Source of the DNA: Nemertoderma westbladi
Taxonomy: Eukaryota > Animalia > Xenacoelomorpha
Assembly (NCBI GenBank): GCA_032718475.1
Contig: JAUCBJ010004634.1
Coordinates: forward strand, 62,001-126,000
DNA length: 64,000 nucleotides
Direction: 5' to 3'
Below, in pieces: positions 22,201 to 32,650 of the stretch (position 1 is the first letter of the stretch; each line of letters opens with the position of its first letter). The translations under genes and the position numbers were made by a program. The notes below the pieces were generated by a model. That model was not told the origin of the DNA and did not search any database. It saw only the letters and a list, made by a program, of their open reading frames with translations.

Positions 22201-24366
22201 TGTGCCCTTGAATTGCTGAACGGTCTCCTGCATCTGTCCGAGCAGGAGATCCATCCCCCATCGTCTCTCATCCACCCATTCAACCGCTGAAGCGGGATTC
22301 GCCAACGTTGTAGCGGGCGGACGAGGGACAACGGGCGACAAATCGTGAATATTTCGCTCGGAGTCCAGGGCATGAACTGTCTCATGGGCTGTTCTGCTGG
22401 GCACAGGTAGCTTAGTGCTGTGCAAAGGGAATTGAGAGGTAGGTTCAGGGAGTACAGGTGTCTCTACGACCGAAAGGGTGGCTTCGGGAACAGGCCTAAT
22501 TATTTCAGGCTCATCTACTATAGTAGGGAGTCTCTCTATTGTAATTATTTGGTCTGTGGGTTCTGTACAACCTAAGTTGGTGTTATTTAGTTGCCTTCGA
22601 ACAGCTGGAGGCAAATCAGGCAATTTCTGACGGTGGGATGTTCTTTTACGTCTGCTTAGGTGAGATCTATTTCCTTTGCCTTCAGTGTCGGTGGTATCGC
22701 CTTCCTCAGATGATGTATAACCTTGTCTTTTGGGAGTAGATTGATTCATCATCTGCATATTACTAGCTGTTAACTGTTTATTAAAGTTGTCTTGTCTCTC
22801 TTGAAGATTTTCCAACTCTAGTTGGGTTGTCTCTTCAGATGCCCTCCGTTCTGCTTCTGCCACTGCTATTTTTCTTTCCGCTTCGGCCGCCTTTCTTTCC
22901 GCTTCTGCTGCTGCCACTTTTCTTTCCGCTTCGGCCGCCTTTCTTTCGGCTTCTACTGCTGCAGCTGCCACCTTTCTTTCCGCTTCGGCCGCCTTTCTTT
23001 TGGCTTCTACTGCTGCAGCTGCCACCTTTCTTTCTGCTTCGGCCGCCTTTCTTTCGGCTTCTACTGCTGCAGCTGCCGCTTTTGCCTCTGCCGCTGCCGC
23101 TTTTGCCTCTGCCGCTGCCTCTGCCGCTTTTCTATCCACTTCTGCAGCTTTTCGTTCCGCTTCTGCCGCTGCCACTGCCGCTGCTGCTGTCTTTCTATCT
23201 TCTATACGTTTTTTCTTTACTTGTTCTTCTTGAACCTTAGCGATGCGGATGCTTTCATTGAATTTAGCTTGGTTCGCAGCTAACCTATCCACATCGATTG
23301 CGTCCAACACACGCTGGGCTCCTTCACTATTAGGGCTAAGCCCCTCTAACCTTCTCCTCAACTCTTCATCACCTAAAAAACGTTGATAGTCTGACAGATA
23401 GATGTCAATGGCATCCCTCTTATGCGGTTTCTCTGCCGTCGCTTCACTTTCCACTTGGGAAAAAGTAGCATCTGTTGATTCTCCATGGGTTGAGCGCTCC
23501 TCCAGCTGAGCTTTCCACTGAGCTGTTCCTTGAACCTGGAGACTCACCTGCTGAAACCAAGTCTTTACGGCAACTTGCAACGACGTGTCTTGTCTTCTTT
23601 TAGAAGCCTCCTCAAAGGCCAATAAGATTAGCCTAATTCGCAGAATTCTTTCTCTAACTTGATAAAGCAGTTGTCCCTGCTCTTGAGGTCCTTGAGGTTG
23701 TTGAAACAGCTGTTCTTTTACTCGCTCCATAGAGCTGAAGAATCCCTGTGCGTATCCGGCTGCGGACCTCTTCCACACAGCTGGATCGATGGTTTCCTTG
23801 GCTACTCCCATCTGGTGTATGTCTTCCCAGGCAGCTTCTGATAAATCAAACGGGAGTCCAGGTCCGGGGAAGTTCCATTGCGACTCGACAATAGATTTCA
23901 GTTCTTCCTTTGTGTATCCCGCATAACTATCTTTAGTCGATCGCTTACTTCTCGCCCAATCGATCTGGTGTTCTTCCACCGCGATCAATATCCTAGTGAG
24001 TACGGCTGCAGGAAGGATGAGAAGGGGATCCGAATAAACCGCATCCGTCATCTTTGCTCCGCGCTCGGGTGTCAGCTCTACAGTATCCTCACTACTGGAG
24101 CTGTTGGGCCGCTGAGAAATAAGTTCTTGGCTCGCGGGTTGTTGCTGTTCCGCTGCTTCTTGGTCCCGCTTGACCTGAGCTCGAGTGCCTATGATAGACC
24201 TACGATGTTGGACCAGCCTAGGTTCTGATATTACTACTGGAGGGATGATCTTCCTCACAGTGGGAGGTGAACTGAACTTAGGACTAGACGGTTCTACACC
24301 TCTATCTGAGTCGCAGATAGTTACATCTAATAAACTGTCTGACAGGTTCTGCTTAGTATCAGACAT
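19249..24366 (-). CDS. gag-pro: BEL/Pao Gag-protease polyprotein (1705 aa) lacking RT, most of RNase H and the integrase core
   Basis: Coiled-coil AAEAERK repeats, DUF1759-like KFNGDEMKWLPF, three Cys/His knuckles (CVLC..H..C, CYNC..H..C, CAKC..H..H), protease LLDSGS; no YxDD or integrase DDE motifs. Confidence 0.93.
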   Translation of the reverse strand: MSDTKQNLSDSLLDVTICDSDRGVEPSSPKFSSPPTVRKIIPPVVISEPRLVQHRRSIIGTRAQVKRDQEAAEQQQPASQELISQRPNSSSSEDTVELTPERGAKMTDAVYSDPLLILPAAVLTRILIAVEEHQIDWARSKRSTKDSYAGYTKEELKSIVESQWNFPGPGLPFDLSEAAWEDIHQMGVAKETIDPAVWKRSAAGYAQGFFSSMERVKEQLFQQPQGPQEQGQLLYQVRERILRIRLILLAFEEASKRRQDTSLQVAVKTWFQQVSLQVQGTAQWKAQLEERSTHGESTDATFSQVESEATAEKPHKRDAIDIYLSDYQRFLGDEELRRRLEGLSPNSEGAQRVLDAIDVDRLAANQAKFNESIRIAKVQEEQVKKKRIEDRKTAAAAVAAAEAERKAAEVDRKAAEAAAEAKAAAAEAKAAAAAVEAERKAAEAERKVAAAAVEAKRKAAEAERKVAAAAVEAERKAAEAERKVAAAEAERKAAEAERKIAVAEAERRASEETTQLELENLQERQDNFNKQLTASNMQMMNQSTPKRQGYTSSEEGDTTDTEGKGNRSHLSRRKRTSHRQKLPDLPPAVRRQLNNTNLGCTEPTDQIITIERLPTIVDEPEIIRPVPEATLSVVETPVLPEPTSQFPLHSTKLPVPSRTAHETVHALDSERNIHDLSPVVPRPPATTLANPASAVEWVDERRWGMDLLLGQMQETVQQFKGTVRESRLELQEVQQNIALERDKLVNLQKGILPPPVTMCQPVRSEVSHAQGVEPTRIYTASEVETPIVNPIKSNYRPVDNDIPYRPDHNPRNLYTDNSILNNTMAQESFTRQMARTEARQAVKVGEIVKFNGDEMKWLPFNEYYKDNIQNSVLSNGEKLRFLIECLEGSPKLMALKFIGHPDGLRQVWDTLNIRYGNRNNIARYLYAKLIAPRKFLSSGIIEFSDEIQEICRQLDWLGKSHEYQNSMVVGALASTLPKGGVGTRWDKKVLYMMEQQRRDPTMADLMSFLDGEVKLQLLRQSREKTLENKVSEKPVSRRRVTPVCYTDDGESQTSQGEDSGKDTERSYYVNKTPKDQVSKFKSRTNDRRKQVRKTPPTSPKRIQVRKPEERTNVHHTAHVKVSNIKPKCVLCDGPHRLSACDEFLRKSLKDRREVMWDKRLCYNCLRRGHQRRTCYSDARCAKCGAKHHILLHTEFERNSPSQVSDSELHVQFSDVNDTDQSEMEGFYTDEFSDENESCYMINTAVYRALTYEKDTESDLTLTTSGQPPFWKAPTSNVGIREFPVVQVRVHGPKRSYVVNALLDSGSTGTFIDKELAEDIFAGQPKFRTKLNMSGIMQVWKSTVIADYYVGALSTPQDKLGEHSIRSVKMVAIKNFATTQVEPYNWDEDDHAQQLNIPRFDTDYPGVQILIGQNAHEALETLEKRPAQPQPLQTYAVRTRVGWYLTGPSRRTLRERLLQDRVCQVSEWEDDTSEGDDPTEGTPYSSDNDDISSNVDQWRYCPKKFNPTDIASRGATPQELTDTTDRLGEPDFLSKEDEWPPHLTPTEIRPAKGAEKVKPKTRTGGSELFEPGIDLSVLHIARDDAVDLDLPTASGSFMKIRESDWSSGTSDVSQGLSPLLQGATDHYSSWNRLCKAVVYLERCFYRHYSRTKRKPGIVFGMQRLNHPVGRLCLPEGNGGLSGNCGRQDSLPTTTSLILQTSRDSIT

Positions 24367-26298
24367 GTTTGTTTACACAGTTGAATGCCTACTGCTATAT
24401 TACAGTCTAAGCAAGTCTAGTAATTCAGTATTAACTGCTAGCCTAGTAATTAATTACCGATACTGCTACTCAGTGTAGCGTGATATATATATAATATTAG
24501 GATACCGGTATGCTTATAGTATATATAAGTATTATTACAGACTAGGTTTTTTACAAAATACCGGTATATAATTTTAGCACAAATATATATAAATATATAA
24601 TAGGCCTATCGTGGATACCGGTATGCAGTTTACACTTATAGTATATATAAGTATAATTATTAACTAGAATTAATTACAGAATACCGGTATGATTTCAGCT
24701 TAATTTTATGAAAATAAAGATAATAAGCCTATTGTAAATACCGGTATATCAATTATTTTAAATAATTGAATTTCTGAATTTTAAGGGTTACTTGGTTACT
24801 TTAACTTACTTTATTACCGTTATTTAAGCAGTAGTCCAACTAATATTGAGACCTAATTGTTGTATGGCAGGCCTACTATTTATAAATCGTTTGAGTTGAT
24901 TTATAATATATATATACCCGTTGAAATGGGTTTTTGTCAATGTTTGAAATAAATGTTATTATTTCTGGGGGAGTCACTACACATAAGCTGTGCGCTCTCA
25001 GTGGAGTGCTACTTGTTAGACACTAAAACAAATAATTCTAATTTACCTAAGTTACTTAATACTACAAATTACGTACAATTCGGGTTGAGATTACAATCTC
25101 TAAATAAACACAAAAATTTAATTACAAATACACAAATACAAATTTTTAGGGTAATTTTACAAGAAGTCTACTAACCAGCCTAACAAAGGGTTAGAATATC
25201 TGGTTATTACAACGGACAGGTTACTACGGTATTTGAAAATAATAAGTAGTAGTAAATATACTGCGCTGTCCAGATAGGAAAATACCACCGCCTGACGACC
25301 TATAACCGTATCGCTATAGGTACTACGTTATGTATCACGGAGTGTCCCTACCTAGAAGTTAATTACCGCGGTCTACCAGAACCAACGTGCCTATTAACCA
25401 CTTTACAACACAAATACACTGCCTACACACTAATCACCTTCGGAAAGTACTGTACACTAAACCCTAAATTAGGTACAAGTACTTGTACAACAAATAATTA
25501 GTAGTTAAAAATACTTGAACAGCTAAAAGAACCACGGTATCTGCCGGAGTGACCAAAGCACAAAATCTCCAGTCTTTACCTACGCCGAGCAGCCCTGATG
25601 TAGTACCGGGGTTAGTTTAACTATAACGGTATGTATAACAAACACAATTACTGTAGGAATAAACTTGGGGATATGAATGTTGCGAATAATCGCATAAACT
25701 CTGAATAATAAATATTACGCTACGCGTACAAACCATTCAAACAAAATGCAGACCAAATACTGACAGACTACTATCAAGCCTAAACAAACTACGGTATATG
25801 CAGACTCCGAAATGATTAGTTAGTATGCGTTCTAACCCAGTAGTACGACTTATTCTTTCACAGGGGGTTTACCTCACAGCACTTGAAGCCCCTACTTTCC
25901 TAACTTAGCACTTTTTCGGACAGATGCTCTACACACACCGAAATTTCCTCAAACCCAACAACAGCCAGACAACTATCCAGCCTACAAATTATCTAAATAA
26001 AATTATACGCTACCCGTACGACTACACAAACAAAGTACAGACCAAACACTGGCGGACTCCTATCAAGCCTAAATAAACCACAGGACATGCAGACTCCGAA
26101 ATGGTTAAGTAGTATGCGTTCTAACCCAGTAGTACGACTTATTCTTTAGATGGGGGTTTACCTTACAGCTATGGCTGCCCCTACTTCCTAACCGTTCTTT
26201 ATCGGACATACACTCTACATGCACTGCAATCCGTTCAGACCTAATCAACAGTTAGCCAACAGTCAAGCCTACAAATTATCTGTACAATCTGAGCAGGC

Positions 26299-27514
26299 TG
26301 TAAAAGCCTTTGCTGAATTGCCCCGTTATTTTATTATCTTTTACATTAAAATACTCTGTATTTGATTTAATAAGTGTAAGAGACCGTATTATTGCTGTAT
26401 CGGTGTTTTTAGAGGATCTAAGACCTATTTCCTCCGTATGTGTACTGTGAAAGGCATATTTTATGATTCTATGGCAATTCGTGACGCAAAGGGGTGATAG
26501 CTACTCTTGAACAGTAGTTACTATGACTACGGTTAACAGCTGACATTCATACGTGTTGATTTCCTTTGTTCTACGGCGTCTCTCAGTTCAGTCAGCCAAT
26601 TAGAGCGTTTTTGTGGCTCCTTGTACAGAAAATTTCCGAGAAATGACGCAATGCCTATGTGCAGTGTTTACATTCAGTCTTGAGCCAAAGAAAGAACGGT
26701 TTGGAAGTATTTTGTGCTGTACTGCTTTTTAGTCGTACACTAGTAGGTTTAATTATAAAGGGCATATATCCTTTAACTGTAAATATCTCACTGCTGACAT
26801 ACCGGTACTGATGTACCGATCTACCTAACTGTTCAGTTGTTGTTTTATACTGCTATTTACTGTCGGTTCTTCATAATATGGTTGATGAATTATTATATTT
26901 GGAATAACGATAAATAACCCCGCAACCCAATATTCTTGATATACCGAAGGTAAGAGAGAAAGGTTACCAATAACGATTGTGACTTATGTTAAAGTGGTTT
27001 GAAGTGAATCTAATGTTATTTGATAGACCCTACATGAGTCAGTCCTGTGTTCCTTTTATATGTGACTAAAATCAGTGAAGATTGGCAGATTAGTGTGCAG
27101 TATTGTGCAGCATAGTGTATGAGTGAGTCTGTTAACGAAGCATTTCCTAAAGAATGCGCCATATATGTGGATTGTAACTAAGCCATATCGTTGTGAGTAG
27201 TTTAAGTCATAACTCTGTTTATATAGATAGAGCGCCACGTCCTAAAGGAACTGTTAATATTCCCCGAAGGTGAATAATATTGTCAGAGATTATATAATAC
27301 TGTCAGTCGAATAATACATTAGGCTTACATAGCAATACGATTAAGCCGTCGAACCCAATCTCCCGGGTATATCCAGCGGGTGAATGATCGCGCACCGATT
27401 GGTTTCGACTAGTGTAGTGAATCAAATACTTGTCAGAGGCTAAAAGCTGATTTATTATCTAGAAGACATCCTAATTTGGCGGGTTAAACTGCCAAAGGTC
27501 TGAAAGCGCGAACA
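26299..27514 (+). repeat. BEL-family LTR (1216 bp) in inverted orientation relative to copy A
   Basis: Plus strand TGTAAAAGCC...AAAGCGCGAACA; reverse-complement similar but not identical to 14799-16010; flanks CAGGC and AGTAC are not a TSD. Confidence 0.92.
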
Positions 27515-28284
27515 AGTACCATAGCGCGTAACGGTTACCTCGACACAGATACAGCTAGGGCCGTAGCAACATCATCAAGAATAAGCAATCCCCCATCACG
27601 CTATACGAACTGCGACTACACTGCACAATAAAAAAGACAATACATGATATCACGAGTGTGTGTAATAGCGAAACACGGACTATAATAACCGTAGGCCTAC
27701 CCCTAATATTAGTTAATCAAAATTTGATTATTATTTTCAATCACCCGGTCTTTAAAAATATGATAGAATCTGTATCTAGTTAATTTCGTTACCAAATTGG
27801 ATTGTAAAAATATATTGCCGCATGGAAGCGGGGTGAAATAGATTTGGATATTCGAATGAAATCGCATGGGTCACGTACTTTACTTGGCCATGTCACGTAC
27901 TTTACTTTGTTTTACATCAAATTCACTGAATAGCGTTAGGTTTGAAATGTCAATAAAGGCTGTTTTGGAAACAACAATATTACCTCTTGGCTGCTGTGGA
28001 CTCATTTATTACCTCAAGGTGCTCAATTCGCTGGATTTTGGACTTAAATTAAAAAAAATATTTTTTAAAATTTCTGCGCGTCACGTACTTTACCTGCGTT
28101 TGGTTGATGATTACTTATGCAATCTACACTATTTTTTAAAATTTCTGCGCGTCACGTACTTTACCTGCGTTTGGTTGATGATTACTTATGCAATCTACAC
28201 TAAGAAGTTTAGCTTCTATACTAATCGTGTAGCAGAATACTTTGTCTCTCAGAATATCACAAGTTGATGCTCTATGAAGACTGT

Positions 28285-28819
28285 TGTGGGGCGAGCCACG
28301 AAGTTGGCGGAGCCTTAGCGAATTGACACTGTTAGGGGGTGGGTCAATTTATGCAAATAGTTGTCGTCGTCGTCGTTGTCGTCGTCGTCGTCGTTGTCAT
28401 TGTCGTCGTCGTTACGATTTTGACATGCTAATAACTTTGTCGGATTTAAAGCTGCCAAGTTGAAAATTTGTAGGTATCAATATGAGCAAAAGTTGAGATT
28501 TTTGAGAGACTTTCAGACACCATCAGTGCAATGGTCTCCCGCTAGAGGGCCACATGTCTAAACATTAAATGCCCTCCCATTTCTTTGCTTTTAATCCGTT
28601 TAAGCTGAAACTTGGCAGATATGTATTAGACCATTAGCTGTGACTTTCAAAGGAGGCGAATCCATCTGCAGTTCTCCAGTCTGCCGCTAGAGGGCCAAAG
28701 GTCTGAAAGTGAAAACAACTAACGACGACAACTATTTGCATAAATTGACCCACCCCCTAACAGTGTCAATTCGCTAAGGCTTCGCCAACTTCGTGCTGCG
28801 CGAAGTCCCCACTTCGTGT
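28285..28819 (+). mobile_element. Non-autonomous HINE/pearl-like (Helentron- or Crypton-related) element with an internal inverted duplication
   Basis: 5' TGTGGGGCGAGCCACGAAG, (GTC)n microsatellite, AAACTTGGC core, 3' GCGCGAAGTCCCCACTTCGTGT; near-identical inverted copy at 61788-62234. Confidence 0.65.
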
Positions 28820-29278
28820 ATATATGTAATTTGCAAAAGAATGTAAAAATTGGTCTCTGACAGTCACGTACTTTACCGTGGAACGTGCCAAATATAGCAA
28901 AATCGTTAATTGCCGGACAAAAGCATGAAAATGTGACTATATATGTAAAAAAAATGTGTAGATTAATCTGAGCCTGTGTACCAAAAAAATTGACTACTTT
29001 CCTAGCAACAGGGTGACTTTTTCATAGCAACCGTTGTATATTTAATGTAATTATGATTGAAACTTGGGATAAACAACCTGTCTAGCAATAGAAGATGGTT
29101 ATTAGTGACATCGGCGCTGATAAACGTTTCCTTAGCAACAAGGTGACCTTTCCCTAGCAACTGCCTGCAATTCTGATTGAATCTTGGGATCATGTTGGTA
29201 TAATCAACCTGTATAGCAATATAAGGTCCATGTGAAGAATACCAGACTTTCTGCTGTTATATTTCACTTTGCAGTTAC

Positions 29279-29502
29279 TCCCTTGTGAAGAATACCAGGT
29301 TTTCACCAAAACCATAGGTTACAGAAGGGATGAATCTAACCAAAACAATAAACGAATTAGTATATGTACAGGTTATAAGACAGAAACAAGAGCTATAAAA
29401 CACTTAATTAAGATAAATTTAAAAAAAATAAAAAATCTTCATATATAAAATTCCAATAAAAAGTCGACCGAAAAGTGAAATCCTGGTATTCTTCACGTGG
29501 GG
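29279..29502. mobile_element. Small MITE-like insert
   Basis: Inverted repeat GTGAAGAATACCAGG (29285-29299) / CCTGGTATTCTTCAC (29482-29496); extra partial copy near 29232. Confidence 0.4.
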
Positions 29503-30600
29503 CATGGGCGAATATAAGATATTATCTTATTTAGTAGTTATATTAGAGCTGATTGATACACGTTTCCATAAAAATATTTAACTTTATGGGAATATTGTGT
29601 GTTTATAAAACTACAGTGTAAAAGTACAGTTAAAAATCCAAAAATGTAGCCACGGGCGGAGCTGGCCCGAGAATAATAATAATACAATATGGATAAATTT
29701 CTCTAAAAAATCTGTAAGAACTACTGTACTTCCAACTTCAACAATTTTTTTACTATTTCACTTGCCAGGCCCAGTGAACATCGTCATGCACTTAAAGGAG
29801 GCCAGAGGAACAAGATATCCTTGGCAATAACTTAAATCGTTCTAGAATGTTTCGCATATAATGAAAACAAACACAGATAAATATAATAAATACCAATACT
29901 ACCGTTGTATTTTATTGTTGTATTTTATTCGTGTAGGAAAATGGTCAATAATCAGAGTGTAATATAATAGTCACAGTCATTTTGCGATTCTAGAATTATA
30001 ATTATGATACAGAATAGTACATCATGGTACTAGTGAGCTGGTTATTGCTTATTCCCTCGAAATTAACATTATGTAACTTTCGTTTTGGTTTGTGGTTTGT
30101 ATATATTTATTGGCACTACTTCGCCCTGTCGACAGCCTCTGTCAATTTTTTTAACCACTAATTTTTTTGTGTTTTTCAATGTTTTGTTTGATAATGGTGA
30201 ATGTTCTAGAACCTTAAGTAGATATTTTTTTTAATAGCAGCTAGCGTTTTTTTACTAGCTATCAGTTTTTGAAAATAAAAAAAAATTTTTGTTAACATTA
30301 TTAATTAGCTAGCGTTTTTATGAAGGTAGTGGGTTTTTTACTACAGTAGCTAGGAATAGTAAGTATTTAAGATCTTTCAAACTGATTTTTTTAATGTTAC
30401 GTTATTTATGGGTGTGGTTGGTTGGTAAACAAGCCTATATTTTTTATGGGTTTTATTTTTATTCTTTCCAGCGACACTTTGCTGAAATTAGACTCAGAAA
30501 ACTGTACCGCCACACGATGTTCAAATAATCTCAAACGATGTTTGTCATGCCAGAAATCACATCAACTTTCAAGGCAGTATACGATCAGCCATTTAATCCC

Positions 30601-31032
30601 TTCCCAAATGGAATCGAAAGTGTAGAATTCAAAGCGTTGGAAATATTTGTCATACGTATGTATGACAAAAAATCAAACAGAACTATTATAAATAATACAT
30701 GACGGGATCTATTCACCAAACGCAACTGCGTGATTGATCGCTTGCCACCAACTCAACACACCCTTTACCAACATGTGATGCGGGCTACATATCAAGCCAG
30801 CGTTTGGGCAGTCTGCACACAGGACAAACCGATACTCCCTTGACCAGCAGATTTCGGTTGGGTATTTAATACTCAATGGAATCCCGTCTGGAGTTCACTG
30901 CCAGACGCTGCAACGATGTGCTACGAATTCATTAAATATGCATGCAAAAAGCGCAATTGCACAAACTGCAAGTGTGGGAAGGCTGGGTTTAAATGCACAG
31001 AATTATGCACTTGCACTTGCTCTTGTTATTGA
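30601..31032 (+). pseudogene. C-terminus of an Academ-type transposase (XPG-associated region plus Cys-rich zinc finger), not in ORF track
   Basis: Manual translation: ...LEIFVIRMYD...*RDLF...LPPTQHTLYQHVMRATYQASVW...P*PADFGW...WNPVW...CKKRNCTNCKCGKAGFKCTELCTCTCSCY*; two in-frame stops (30700, 30841). Confidence 0.8.
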
Positions 31033-32533
31033 TCACATATGATTCGTATATAATTAAAAGAATTGGTATAACTATAATACTAAATAATTTAAATTTACAG
31101 CCTTGTGGCTGTGTATTTGATGTATAAACACATTATCCTCATAAAGCCAAAAGTGCAATATTTTTTAAATATAGATATCACCTTTTGTTTCTATGGAAAC
31201 GTGCTTCACAGCTCCAATATAACTACTAACCATCTTATATTGCTATAAATGCTGTTTACCTCCAGTTTCAATATTAATTACACTAAATTCCAGGCAGTTC
31301 CTAGGGAAAGGTCACCTTGTTGCTATGGACACGTGTATCAGCGCCAATGTTATTACTAACAATCTTCTATTGCTAATCAGGTTGATTATCCAAAGTTTCA
31401 ATCAAATTCCATTAATTATAGAGCGGTTGCTAGGTAAAGGTATCCTTGTTGCTATGGAAACGTGTACAGGCTTATATTATAAACTAAACCAGTTATATAA
31501 TCGTAATTTTTGAATATGGTGAGTTTCAATAACAGAAATGACCAATTTTACCCGGTTGCTATGTAAAAGTCACTCTGTTGCTAGGGAAGTAGTCAATTTT
31601 TTTGGTACACAGGCTCAGATTAATCTACACATTTTTTTTACATATATAGTCACATTTTCATGCTTTTGTCCGGCAATTAACGATATTCACCTTAAGCGAC
31701 CCCACTAATTGAGATTTAATTAATTATCTAAAAATGATATCGATTTACGTCTCAATCGCACTGTTGAATGTAAAAGTTATACTTATTGTTATATTAAATA
31801 AAATATAAATAAAAACTGATAACAGTACTTTGTGATGGGTGATGAAAGATGAAAGCTTATGTGTGCAAATCTTATGTCGGGCCTTAAAAGTACACATTAT
31901 TTACATTTGAGTTCAGCATGCTTGAGTGCACAGTAGGCTACAACGAAAGCAATTACTATACAGGCCTCTGCCTCTGCTAATGCACATAAAAAGATGTAGG
32001 AATAGAATATGAAATAGCATCGCACGAATCAAATTAAAAACAATCAGACACAATTTACTTTTATTTTCTTCCATAGATAAGAAGTAGGAGTTCGTTTACC
32101 AGTACCTATGTGAAATAAAAAGTCTAAATGATGATTATTAAAAGTTCATAGGTATTTCGTTGTCGAAATAATATGGCCGGGTGAACGCTTGTAGGTTTTC
32201 CATCCTGTTCTGTAAAGGGAAAGCACAGTATATATGGCTTGGCAACTACGCTACACAGCTATTTATTGTAGCGGGATCTACTGTAACTTCATCAACAAAT
32301 CAGGGAATCGTAGCAATAGGGTTGGTGCGCGAAAAAATTGTTGGGCTAGAAACAATCGAATAAGGGGTAACAAGGTGCCCTGAATCGAGTAGCGGGGTGT
32401 GTTTTTTGTAAAAACACGTGGAAACGGTCTAAATGGCGGGTTTAAGTAAGAGCGGGAAGCCAATTTTGAAAATCGGCTGTGATTGGCTGCTACATATTTG
32501 ACGTCATTATGCGCAGTGATCTGATAATTTTTT

Positions 32534-32650
32534 ATCTTGGTTTCTATGGAGAGAGATTTTCGATCGATTCAAATACACATTAAATCTCAATCATTTCACA
32601 CGTGGCTTATACCAATTGAAAGCGGAGAGTCTTGCGCGTCTTTTGACACT
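32534..32650. repeat. Dispersed DNA-transposon-like segment with a diverged inverted partner at ~41393-41505
   Basis: ...TTCAAATACACATTAAATCT...GGAGAGTCTTGCGCGTCTTTTGACAC vs GTGTCAAAAGACGCGCAGGACTCTCC...TTAATGTGTATTTGAA. Confidence 0.55.

Larger units (their letters stand above)
14799..26298 (-). mobile_element. BEL/Pao LTR retrotransposon copy A: internally deleted, non-autonomous, own 5' LTR missing
   Basis: 3' LTR, PPT, extra-ORF remnant, gag-protease ORF and 5' leader are colinear with copy B; colinearity stops at ...GAGCAGGC (26298). Confidence 0.93.
28902..31707 (+). mobile_element. Deleted Academ(X)-like DNA transposon
   Basis: Long inverted repeats (28902 to ~29220 vs ~31250 to 31684, outer ~130 bp nearly perfect), right end ...CCCCACTA, and an internal transposase C-terminal remnant. 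Confidence 0.7.

Noticed and set aside
19577-24478. Plus-strand ORFs overlapping gag (and the equivalents at 46922-55041)
   Set aside because: Antisense shadows of the real minus-strand ORF; the low-complexity ones arise from the Ala-rich repeat.
14799-27514. DIRS-like or TIR element with long inverted terminal repeats
   Set aside because: The repeats are ordinary BEL LTRs that differ from each other, there is no tyrosine recombinase or transposase, and the leader is truncated at the junction.
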